From a virus (lineage: Duplodnaviria; Caudoviricetes), in the IMG/VR virus record IMGVR_UViG_3300008259_002957: a stretch of 64,000 nt of DNA; one strand, written 5' to 3'. The position numbers and the translations under genes are program-made. Below the pieces are notes generated by a model that searched no databases, was not told where the DNA came from, and saw only the letters and a list, made by a program, of their open reading frames with translations. Numbering within the stretch: position 1 is the first letter of the stretch; each line of letters opens with the position of its first letter. Below, piece by piece: positions 16,177 to 26,300 of the stretch.

Positions 16177-18624
16177 ATGATATCTCCACGTCAAATAAGA
16201 ACAAAGACAAGTAGAACAACACAAGAATTGGTAAACACAGGTACTGCTGGTCCGTTCTTGGCAAAAGTTATTGGTCATCTTGATCAAACATTTATGGGAG
16301 GCTTAAAAGTTCAACTTTTAAGAACAACATCGTCAGCAGATAACGATTCTCAAGATGGTGAAATTGTTACAGTGCAATATGCTTCGCCTTTTTCGGGAGC
16401 AACACCGATATATGGTGCAGGCGGCGCTGACAACTATTCTAACACTCAAAAAAGTTACGGTTTTTGGGCTGTTCCACCTGATGTAGGATCTAAAGTTTTA
16501 GTAACTTTTGTAGAAGGTCGCCGAGACTTTGGATTTTGGTTTGCATGTGTGCAGGACGACTTTATGAATTTTATGATTCCTGACGGCAGAGCAGCAACTT
16601 CGAACACTACAGGAAGTGTTCCTGAATATTACAAAGGTAAAAAACTTCCAGTTGGCGAATACAACAAACATCTAATTGATCCACAAGGACAAGCACAGCC
16701 GACATATTATCCTAGACCTGTAAACGACGATTATTTAAAGCGTATGGAAGAACAAGGTCTTGTTGAAGACGATGTCAGAGGACTTACATCAAGCAGTGCA
16801 AGACGCGAAGTTCCTAGCAATGTTTATGGTATGAGCACACCAGGACCTTTAGATAAAAGATCCAATGCACCTAAAGTTCCACGAGGCACCGTAGATTCTG
16901 AAAAATTGTTTTTTTCAAGCAGACTTGGCGGGCATAGTATTGTTATGGATGACGGAGATGAAAAAATTCTTCGCAAAGGTCACGCTAAAGATACTCCACA
17001 GGAATACGCAAACTTAAAAGTAAATCAAACAGACGGAGATCCGACATTACCTGCAAATGAACTATTTAGACTTCGTACTAGAACCGGTCATCAAATATTA
17101 ATGCATAATACTGAAGACTTGATTTATATATCAAATGCTAGAGGTACTGCTTGGATTGAATTAACATCCAACGGTAAAATTGACATCTATGCGTTTGATA
17201 GTGTTAGTGTACACACAAACAATGATTTAAATTTTACAGCTGATAGAGACATCAATTTCACTGCATACGAAAATATGAATTTTGTTGTTGGTAAAGAACT
17301 TAGAATAGATACTGGTGATAGTATTAGTATGACAACTGGTAATTTTTATTCTCTTAATGCAGCAGATAGTATATCTCAAACAGCAGGAGAATTTATTGCA
17401 GGATATGCTGGTTCTAGTGTAACGCTTGTAGCCAACACTGATTTTACAGCACTTGGTGCAGGAGTATCAATTGGATCAACGGGAATAATTGGCATTGAAG
17501 GTTGTAGTGCAGTAAAGATATCAACAGACGGTGATATTCATAACAAAGCATTAGGATCAATTTATAATTCTACTGTAGGCGATATTAACTTTGATACAGG
17601 TCAACGTTTTCTAATTAAAACAGGAAGTGTAGTAGGTGTTGATGCGGGTGGAAATATTATTTTAAAAGCAAACACAGACATTCAATTAAATGGACCAACA
17701 CCGCCGTCGCCGTTACCTGCTACTTTACCGCCTGCTCCGGATCCAGTAAATACATTAGATCCTAAACGTGCCTTACAAACATCAAGACAACCAAATCACG
17801 AACCTTGGTATCAGCACGAGAATTTAAACCCTCTAGCATATACTCCTGAAAGAACTAGAGCAGGATCACAGGCAGTTAATTCCTTTAATATCCCGACTAG
17901 TGATACTTTCTTACCACCAACAAGACAACAACCATCAGGAACAGTTAACTCGACTTACTTCCCACAATACGACGGCACTACCACAGAAGGTGGCTTCCAA
18001 TCATTTGACGGAAGTCCGAATGTCAACGCTTATAGAGGTACACCTGGAGAACCGTTGCCAGAAAGTCAGCTTGTTGGTGTTATCGACGGATTTACAAAGG
18101 CAGAAACAGCAGCGTTTCTTGGAGCAATTGGTAAACGAGAAAGTAACAATGCTTATGATGCAGTTAACTCGATTGGGTTCTCTGGAAAGTATCAATTTGG
18201 GGATGGAGCGTTAGAAGACTTAGGATACCTAAAGCCAGGCACTACTGCAAAATATAGTGTAAAAAATGCATTGTTAATTTCAGAAAATTGGACAGGCAAA
18301 GATGGTATAACCTCTAGAGATGCATGGCTTGCTAATACAACAGTTCAAGAAAAAGCAATGCTTGACTATACTAACAGAAATTTAAAAACTTTAAAAAGAG
18401 TTGGCGGTGTTAGAGAAGGTGATGACAAACTTACTATTTCAGGTATGCTTGCTGGCTCTCACCTACTAGGAGCAGGAGGCATGAAAAAGTGGCGTAATGG
18501 CGAAGGTGGTGCTGATGCATACGGAACAACAGGTGACGAGTATTATGCATTAGGAAGAGCTGCATTGCAAAACGTTTCGTCAACAAGTACTACATCTAAT
18601 AATACCGGAGGAGGTCCTATTTAA
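16177..18624 (+). CDS. gp5: Central spike gp5-like protein: OB-fold, beta-helix and C-terminal lysozyme-like domain
   Basis: GPFLAKVIGHLD, FWAVPPDVGSKVLV, RTRTGHQILMHN, beta-helix repeats, Pro-rich linker, then AIGKRES...GKYQFG. Confidence 0.8.
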   Translation: MISPRQIRTKTSRTTQELVNTGTAGPFLAKVIGHLDQTFMGGLKVQLLRTTSSADNDSQDGEIVTVQYASPFSGATPIYGAGGADNYSNTQKSYGFWAVPPDVGSKVLVTFVEGRRDFGFWFACVQDDFMNFMIPDGRAATSNTTGSVPEYYKGKKLPVGEYNKHLIDPQGQAQPTYYPRPVNDDYLKRMEEQGLVEDDVRGLTSSSARREVPSNVYGMSTPGPLDKRSNAPKVPRGTVDSEKLFFSSRLGGHSIVMDDGDEKILRKGHAKDTPQEYANLKVNQTDGDPTLPANELFRLRTRTGHQILMHNTEDLIYISNARGTAWIELTSNGKIDIYAFDSVSVHTNNDLNFTADRDINFTAYENMNFVVGKELRIDTGDSISMTTGNFYSLNAADSISQTAGEFIAGYAGSSVTLVANTDFTALGAGVSIGSTGIIGIEGCSAVKISTDGDIHNKALGSIYNSTVGDINFDTGQRFLIKTGSVVGVDAGGNIILKANTDIQLNGPTPPSPLPATLPPAPDPVNTLDPKRALQTSRQPNHEPWYQHENLNPLAYTPERTRAGSQAVNSFNIPTSDTFLPPTRQQPSGTVNSTYFPQYDGTTTEGGFQSFDGSPNVNAYRGTPGEPLPESQLVGVIDGFTKAETAAFLGAIGKRESNNAYDAVNSIGFSGKYQFGDGALEDLGYLKPGTTAKYSVKNALLISENWTGKDGITSRDAWLANTTVQEKAMLDYTNRNLKTLKRVGGVREGDDKLTISGMLAGSHLLGAGGMKKWRNGEGGADAYGTTGDEYYALGRAALQNVSSTSTTSNNTGGGPI

Positions 18625-19382
18625 TGTGTCAAGTAGTTATACCACAAACTAGAGTATTATCGCCGAGAAGATGGGTATCTGATCCAGCAGAATTATCGAG
18701 ATATAATTCTAGAACCACAGCAGGTGCTATAAACAGCAGTGCAAGTCCTACTGATATACCTTATGGGCATTCTAATGCATACGGAGGCTTGGGAAACAGT
18801 GGGGGATTTGTTGCATATGAATCGCCAACAAATCCCCCACCTAAAGATACAATTTTTGGTTCAATAGAATATGCATTAAGCGAAGCAGCAAAACTCGGTT
18901 GGGGCGAAAATGGCACTCCGCCAAATCCAAACATTGCCAATTCGTGGCGCATAGCAGCAAATCAAGAAATACCAAATGACGGACGTTCATATCCGTGGTG
19001 TGCGTGTTTTGTAACTTACATTTTGAGTAAAGCAGGTACTGAATTTTTGAAAACTGCATCCTCGCAACAGTATGCTTCGTTTGGAAAAGCAGTAAATTGG
19101 AGAGGTTACAGTACGCTAAGAAAAAATGATATTGTTGTTTTTACACAAAAAGCAGATCCTAGCAAAGGGCATGTTGGATTTTTAGCAAGTGTTGATCCAA
19201 ATACAAAAATTTGGAAAATTGCTGGAGGAAATCAAGACGATAACTTTAATGTCACAAACTATAACGAAGTTGGATCAAACCTTTTTGTTAGAGAAGTTAG
19301 AAGAAACTGGGATATTCCTCCTGATTTTGACAAACCAGTTACTGGAGAAATCACAACAGCAAAAGATGGCAACACACGATAA
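18624..19382 (+). CDS. CHAP/NlpC-P60-like (TIGR02594-type) cell-wall amidase/peptidase
   Basis: PWCACFV (catalytic Cys), DIVVF, GHVGF (His) and GGNQ. Confidence 0.8.
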   Translation: MCQVVIPQTRVLSPRRWVSDPAELSRYNSRTTAGAINSSASPTDIPYGHSNAYGGLGNSGGFVAYESPTNPPPKDTIFGSIEYALSEAAKLGWGENGTPPNPNIANSWRIAANQEIPNDGRSYPWCACFVTYILSKAGTEFLKTASSQQYASFGKAVNWRGYSTLRKNDIVVFTQKADPSKGHVGFLASVDPNTKIWKIAGGNQDDNFNVTNYNEVGSNLFVREVRRNWDIPPDFDKPVTGEITTAKDGNTR

Positions 19383-19390
19383 ATATTACT

Positions 19391-19834
19391 ATGAGTTCGC
19401 TAGAAAAGAATCTTTATAAAAATCTTAAAATACAATCTCAACAGGTTGTTAATAAACCTATTGCTAGTAGAGCCTATCGTGGTATTTCAACTGTAAATCC
19501 TGACACAAAAGATTTTAAAAGTTATGATCTAGGATTAATCAAACAAGATATAATTAACCATTTTCATATAAGAATAGGTGAAAAACTAGAACGTCCTGAT
19601 TTTGGTACTATTATCTGGGACGTTCTTTATGAACCATTAACAGATTCATTAAAACAAGCAATTGTTAAAAATGTTACAGACATTGTTCGTTATGATCCAC
19701 GTGTTACAGTTGATAAAATAAGTGTAGATACCTATGAATCCGGTATTCAAATACAGTGCGAATTAACCTATCTTGATTACAGCATAAGCGAATTTTTACA
19801 GTTTAGGTTTGATAGACAAAACAACATACTTTAA
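19391..19834 (+). CDS. gp25: Baseplate wedge subunit gp25-like
   Basis: DLGLIKQDIINHF...GEKLERPDFGT.IWD.LYEP, YDPRV. Confidence 0.88.
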   Translation: MSSLEKNLYKNLKIQSQQVVNKPIASRAYRGISTVNPDTKDFKSYDLGLIKQDIINHFHIRIGEKLERPDFGTIIWDVLYEPLTDSLKQAIVKNVTDIVRYDPRVTVDKISVDTYESGIQIQCELTYLDYSISEFLQFRFDRQNNIL

Positions 19835-19856
19835 TCTACGCACTTTATAAATCTCA

Positions 19857-19862
19857 TAAATA
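19857..19862 (+). promoter_or_regulatory. Late promoter (CA)TAAATA for gp6
   Basis: Intergenic, 25 nt before ATG 19887, with AAGGA SD. Confidence 0.55.
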
Positions 19863-19886
19863 TAGTATAAAGTAAGGAAAGTGCTA

Positions 19887-22800
19887 ATGTCTTCTACAGA
19901 TAGACAAAATAGATTATTGCTAGCCGAAGATTGGAAAAAAGTTTATCAATCTTTTAAAAATGCAGATTTTAAATCATATGACTTTGACAATCTACGTCGA
20001 ACAATGGTTGATTATCTTCGTACTAATTATCCTGAGGATTTTAATGACTATATTGAGTCAAGCGAATATCTTGCGCTGATCGATATGATTGCTTTCCTTG
20101 GTCAAAACATTGCTTTCCGTGTGGATTTGAATTCGAGAGAAAACTTTTTAGAATTAGCAGAACGTAGAGAAAGTGTACTAAGATTAGCACGTTTGCTTTC
20201 ATACAACCCAAGAAGAAATCAACCTGCTAACGGACTGTTAAAAATAGTTTCTGTAAGCACTACAGAAAACATAATTGATAGTAATAATGTTAACATCAGT
20301 GGCAGAAGCATTGTTTGGAATGACAGCATTAATCCAGATTGGTTTGAACAGTTTATTAAAATACTAAATGCAGCAATGCCTGTACAAAATACTTTTGGAC
20401 GTCCGATTAAATTAGACAGTGTAGCAGGTATTCCAACAGAACAATATAGATTTGCTGGAACAGGTACAACAGTGCCTGTGTATGCATTTACAAAATCCAT
20501 TAACAACACTTCGATGGAATTTGAAGTAGTAAGTGCTGGAGTTGAAAATGGTTCTATTGTTGAAGAGCCGCCGTTGCCGGAAAACCAATTGGCATTTTTA
20601 TATAGAGATAATGGACAAGGTGCAGGCAGTAATTCAACTGGATTCTTTTTACATTTTAGACAAGGTTCGTTGCAGCGTGGAGAATTTACAATAGATTTTC
20701 CAGTTCCGAATCAAAAAATTGATGTTGACATTTCTAATATCAACGATTCAGACGTTTGGCTTTATAAGTTAGATGCAAACGGAAACGAATCCGAGTTGTG
20801 GACAAAAGTTGAAGCAGTTGAAGGCAACAACATTGTTTACAACAGTCTTGCTAAAAACATTAAAAATATTTTTAGTGTTTTAACTAGAGTTGATGACAGA
20901 GTTAGTTTAGTGTTTTCTGATGGTATTTTTGGTAACTTGCCAAAAGGAACATTCCGTTCTTATTATAGAACAAGTATAAACAGAGACTTTACAATTCTTC
21001 CTGCAAGTATTACTAATGTTACACTAAGAATTCCTTATATTAGTAGAATTGGAAGAACAGAAACATTAACAATTATTTGTGAACTAAAAGTTGCAGTTGA
21101 TAACGGTGCAAGTTCTGAATCGTCAGAGAATATTAAAAATAATGCTCCTGCAACATACTACACACAAAACAGACTTATAACCGGCGAAGATTATAATATT
21201 GGTCCACTTGGTGTAAGTCAAGATATTGTTAAAGTAAAATCCGTAAACAGAACTGCTAGTGGAATCAGTAGATATTATGATATATTGGATGCTACTGGAA
21301 AATACAGCAAAACCAATATGTTTGGCACCGACGGTGTTCTTTATAGAGAATACCTTGACGAAAAATCAACATTTAAATTTTTAACAAGAACAGATATTGA
21401 AAGTGTAATTGAAAATCAAATCACCGACATTCTTGGTGATAAAAATGTTAGAAATTTTTATCTTGCAGAATTTCCAAATCAAGAATATGCTGAACTTAAT
21501 TTAAAATGGAATTTAACAACTTCCGACACAAACAGATCAACAGGATATATCAAGGATTCTTCGGATATTGTTTATTCTGTAGGTAGTTTTACAGAAGGAC
21601 CTCTTCGTTTCTTAGAACCAGGTGCTATGGTAAAGTTTATTCCTGAAACTGGCAAGTATTTCTTACCGGATGGTACTACAACTACAAATCCAAACGCTAA
21701 AAACTCGTCTAGTTATAAATGGGTTAAAGTTGTAAGTGTATTTGAAAATGGAACAACAGTAACAACATCAGGATTAGGTCCTATTATTTTCAATGACATA
21801 ATTCCTAACAATTCTAAACTAGTGCAGATAAAACCAAAATTTGTAAGAGATATTGTCGACGATGTTATTGTAGATATGATTGATCAGATTTTTGCTTATA
21901 GAACATTTGGTTTAAGATACGATAGAGAAAATCGTCAGTGGGCAGTGATTACTCAAGAAAACTTGAATATTGTTGGAGACTTTAGTTTAGGACTTGCAGG
22001 AGATACAACAGGACAACAGCAGGACAGCAGTTGGATTGTTTTATTTGAAACTGACGGATCTACATATACTGTAACTTATAGAACACTTAGATATGTATTT
22101 GAAAGTGATGCTGAAATACGTTTCTATTTTGATAGTTCAAAAAAAATATATGATAGCAAAACCGGCACAATTATCAAAGACAAGATTACAGTTTTAAACA
22201 TTAATAATAATGTAAATTCTGGTACAGGTACAAGTCCGTTAACTAGAGATTTTGACTGGGAAGTTACCAAAGAGTATAGAGACACTGACGGATACGTTGA
22301 CAGTAAAAAAGTTGAAGTTGCCTTCTTTGACAGTGACGACGACGGCGTTATTGACGATCCGCAAATATTTGATGAAATTGTTAATACAACAACATACATC
22401 TTTAATAAGAAAGTGGTAATCAATAATAGCGAATTTTTAGTTTATGTTAACGCAGAAACTGAAAACATAATTACCGTTAACAGTAGAGCAGAAATTAATA
22501 CCACAGCAGAAAACAATCCTATTTTTTATATAATTTCCACAGACACATTTGAGCAACTAAACAGTGCTTCAAGATCGTTGACTACTCTTTATGATTACAG
22601 AGCATATACAGGTCGCGACGTAATTAAATTTCAATATATTCATGCCAGCGACGAAAATAATAGAATAGATCCAAGTAGTACAAACATCATTGATTCTTAT
22701 ATTTTAACAAAACAGTATGATATTAGTTTTAGACAATACCTTGACGGAACTGTAACCTCAGTTCCGTTGCCGTTGAGCAGCGATCAACTATTTAGAAGTT

Positions 22801-23321
22801 ATGGCGAAAAGATAAATGCTATCAAATCTATCAGTGATGAAATTATCTATCACCCAGTAAAATATAAAATTCTTTTTGGTAGCAAAAGTGAGACATCATT
22901 GCAAGCAGTTTTTAAAATTGTAAAAAATACAGAAAGAGTTGTAAACGACAATGACCTAAAGTCCAGAGTTATTACAGCAATTAATCAATTCTTTAACTTA
23001 GACAATTGGGAGTTCGGCGAAACATTTTATTGGAGCGAAATGTCTGCTTATATTATGAAAGAGTTATCACCTGATCTAAGTTCAATAATTATTGTTCCTC
23101 GAGCATCAACCAGTGCATTTGGAAGTCTTTATGAAGTTAAATCCGAAGCAGATGAAATTTTTATAAGCAGTGCAACAGTTGACGACGTTGAAGTTATATC
23201 TGCTATTACAGCAGACAGAATTAGATCCTCTGGTGCAATTGTAACATCGTCTAACGTAACTAATACTGGAATACAAAGTGGTACAGATACCACATCTACT
23301 ACTGGAGGCTTCATTTACTAA
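19887..23321 (+). CDS. gp6: Baseplate wedge subunit gp6-like (extended, ~1144 aa)
   Basis: DFKSYDFDNLRRTMVDYLR, FLELAERRESVLRLARLLSYNP and YYTQNRLITGEDY. Confidence 0.88.
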   Translation: MSSTDRQNRLLLAEDWKKVYQSFKNADFKSYDFDNLRRTMVDYLRTNYPEDFNDYIESSEYLALIDMIAFLGQNIAFRVDLNSRENFLELAERRESVLRLARLLSYNPRRNQPANGLLKIVSVSTTENIIDSNNVNISGRSIVWNDSINPDWFEQFIKILNAAMPVQNTFGRPIKLDSVAGIPTEQYRFAGTGTTVPVYAFTKSINNTSMEFEVVSAGVENGSIVEEPPLPENQLAFLYRDNGQGAGSNSTGFFLHFRQGSLQRGEFTIDFPVPNQKIDVDISNINDSDVWLYKLDANGNESELWTKVEAVEGNNIVYNSLAKNIKNIFSVLTRVDDRVSLVFSDGIFGNLPKGTFRSYYRTSINRDFTILPASITNVTLRIPYISRIGRTETLTIICELKVAVDNGASSESSENIKNNAPATYYTQNRLITGEDYNIGPLGVSQDIVKVKSVNRTASGISRYYDILDATGKYSKTNMFGTDGVLYREYLDEKSTFKFLTRTDIESVIENQITDILGDKNVRNFYLAEFPNQEYAELNLKWNLTTSDTNRSTGYIKDSSDIVYSVGSFTEGPLRFLEPGAMVKFIPETGKYFLPDGTTTTNPNAKNSSSYKWVKVVSVFENGTTVTTSGLGPIIFNDIIPNNSKLVQIKPKFVRDIVDDVIVDMIDQIFAYRTFGLRYDRENRQWAVITQENLNIVGDFSLGLAGDTTGQQQDSSWIVLFETDGSTYTVTYRTLRYVFESDAEIRFYFDSSKKIYDSKTGTIIKDKITVLNINNNVNSGTGTSPLTRDFDWEVTKEYRDTDGYVDSKKVEVAFFDSDDDGVIDDPQIFDEIVNTTTYIFNKKVVINNSEFLVYVNAETENIITVNSRAEINTTAENNPIFYIISTDTFEQLNSASRSLTTLYDYRAYTGRDVIKFQYIHASDENNRIDPSSTNIIDSYILTKQYDISFRQYLDGTVTSVPLPLSSDQLFRSYGEKINAIKSISDEIIYHPVKYKILFGSKSETSLQAVFKIVKNTERVVNDNDLKSRVITAINQFFNLDNWEFGETFYWSEMSAYIMKELSPDLSSIIIVPRASTSAFGSLYEVKSEADEIFISSATVDDVEVISAITADRIRSSGAIVTSSNVTNTGIQSGTDTTSTTGGFIY

Positions 23322-26300
23322 TGGCATACGATAAAGAACAAGAAGATTTTCCCTTACCAGCAGGAAATAACAATTCTATAACTTCGGCAACATTTTTGCC
23401 GAAGTACTTTAGAACTGATACAAATAGAAAGTTCTTAGGTAGCACTGTTGATCAAATGATCCAACCGGGTGTGGTAGAAAAAATCAACTCGTTTGTTGGT
23501 AGACGTTACTCAGTTGCAGCAACTACAAATGACAGTTATCTTCCTGACTTTACAGTAGATAGAGAAAATTATCAGTTTGAACCGGTTTCTTTATACAAAG
23601 ACGAACTAGGCAATGTTGAGTTTTATAAAGATTACAATGATTATATTGGACAAATTAAAAACTTTAAAGGTTCAGCGAGCAATCACAGTATTTTAAACAG
23701 TCAAGAATTCTATTCTTGGGATCCACACATAGACTGGGACAAGTTTACTAATTTTAGAGAATACTATTGGCTACCTATAGGTCCAGTACCTGTGGATGTT
23801 GTAGGACAAACCAGAGAAGTTGTAAGCACATATTCTGTTTCGTTAATTGAAGATGCAGACAATTTTGCATATGTATTTTCCACAGATGAATTTCCAAGTG
23901 CTCCAGTGCTAAGAAATCCCACAGTTAAACTTTACAAAGGACAAACTTATAGATTTGAAATTAACACACTAGGTCATCCGTTCTCTATTGCAATACTAAG
24001 AACTTTCCTGGATAATGATCCTACAGTTGGAACTGACTTTGTAAATCAAAGTACACTTTATAAAAAAGGTGTAGTTGTTTACACTAGAGATGTATTTGGT
24101 AATCTTATAGAAACCACAGACGAGTATATCGAAACTGGTGTAATAGAATTTACTGTACCTGATGATGCACCAGAAGCATTGTATTACATAAGCAAAAACG
24201 ATGTCAACGTTAGCGGTATTTTTTCAGTAAACAACATTGTTGAAAATTCATTCATTGACGTTGAAAAAGAAATTGTTGGTAAAAAAACTTACAAAACAAG
24301 TAGTGGCGTTGAACTAAGCAACGGTATGAAATTATCTTTCAAAGGATTGGTTACTCCGGCAACTTATTCTGAAGGTTATTTCTATGTCGAAGGTGTGGGT
24401 AATTCTATTCAACTTGTTGCAGAACAAGATCTCGAAGTACCTGCAATTTTTACTACACTGTTTGAAATTCCATTTGACGGTGAAAACTTTGGATTTGACC
24501 AATATCCTTACGAAGATGCAACATCGTTTCCTGGCACCAAGGACTATATTGTAATTAACAGAGTCAGTGCCGATCGAAATCCATGGGCTCGTTACAATCG
24601 TTGGTTCCATAGATCTTTAATTGAAGCATCATTTGCTGCAAATAATCTTCCGGTTGTAATTGACGAAGATGCTAGAGCAAAACGTCCTATTATAGAATTT
24701 GAAGCAGGATTGAAACTTTTCAATCACGGCACAAAAGCAAAGAAAAATGTAAATCTAATTGACACTTATACAACAGATGTATTTTCCACAGTTGAAGGAT
24801 CGCTTGGGTATAACGTTGATCAAGTTGATTTAGTTGACGGCATGCGTGTTATTTTTGCTGCTGATACCGACATCTTGGTTAATGGAAAAATTTACGAAGT
24901 ACGATTTATTACACACAACGGTCGTAGACAAATTTCGCTAGTAGAAACTGAAGATTCTGCACCAGCAACAGATGATGCAGTTTTAATTCTTGATGGTATT
25001 GACTATAAAGGAAAAATGTTCTGGTACAACGGAACACAGTGGAAACAGTCACAAGAAAAAACCAGTGTAAACCAAGCACCAACGTTTGATTTATTTGACA
25101 AAGACGAAAATAGTTTTAATGATAACTTGGTTTATCCTGCTAATAACTTTAGAGGAAATAAAGTATTTTCTTATAAAGTTGGCACAGGTACAGCAGATTC
25201 TGAATTAGGGTTTTCTCTAACCTATAGAAATATTACCAATGTAGGCGACATTGTTTTTGAATTTAATCTTTTAAGTGAATCAGTAGAATATCAGATTGAA
25301 CCTTCGGGCGCAGCAAATATCTTTACAGACGTAGGATATTTAAAAAAGTATAATTCAGCAGGCACAGACTTTGTATATGTAAACGGTTGGAAAAAGGCAA
25401 TTGCAAACAGCAAACAGGCTGTGGTTAGACAGTACAACGTTTCGAGTCAAGTTAATAATTTCCGAGTTGACGTTTATAATAACAGCGGAAGTTTGACTGA
25501 CTTGTTTGTAAAAGTCTTTATCAACGGAACAAGAAAAGAACTAAACAAAGATTTTACAATACAAAACATCAATGGATTTGCAACAGTTGTTTTAACTGTA
25601 AACGCAACAGTAGATGATATTGTTTTATTAAAGTGTTATAGTGCGGCTCCTAAAAATTCAAAAGGATTTTACGAAGTTCCTATAAACTTTGAAAAGAATC
25701 CATTGAATGAAAATATAACAACATTTACTTTAGGTGAAGTAAACGATCACGTTGAAAGTATTATTGAAGAAGTTGCGGAATACACTGGATCGTTTCCTGG
25801 AATCTCCAATCTAAGAGACTTAGGAAACGTAACAGCATACGGACAAAAGTTTGTACAACACAGTGGTCCTGTTAATCTCTCGTTGTACCACATGACTGAT
25901 AAAAATTCTAATATTATAAAAAGTATTAGATATGCTCGTAAAGAGTATGCAAAATTTAAAAGAAAGTTTTTATACGAAGCAGAAAAGACAGGATTTCATG
26001 GACCTGTAAAAGATCATGTTGACTTAATTTTAAGCACTATCAAAAAAGATTTTATATCTTCTAGACCATTTTATTTTGGAGACATGATTGGATTTGGTGC
26101 AGCAAGAAAAACAATTCATACTATCGAATACAACGGTCCTGCATATTTTGCACTATCACAAAATTTCAATCTAACTTCTCTTTCAACAAAAGCAGTAAAT
26201 GTTTACTTGAACAGTGAACAGTTGTTGCATGAAAGAGATTACACATTCACTGATAGTTTTGTTTATGTAACACTTGATTTACAAGACGGTGACTTAATCG

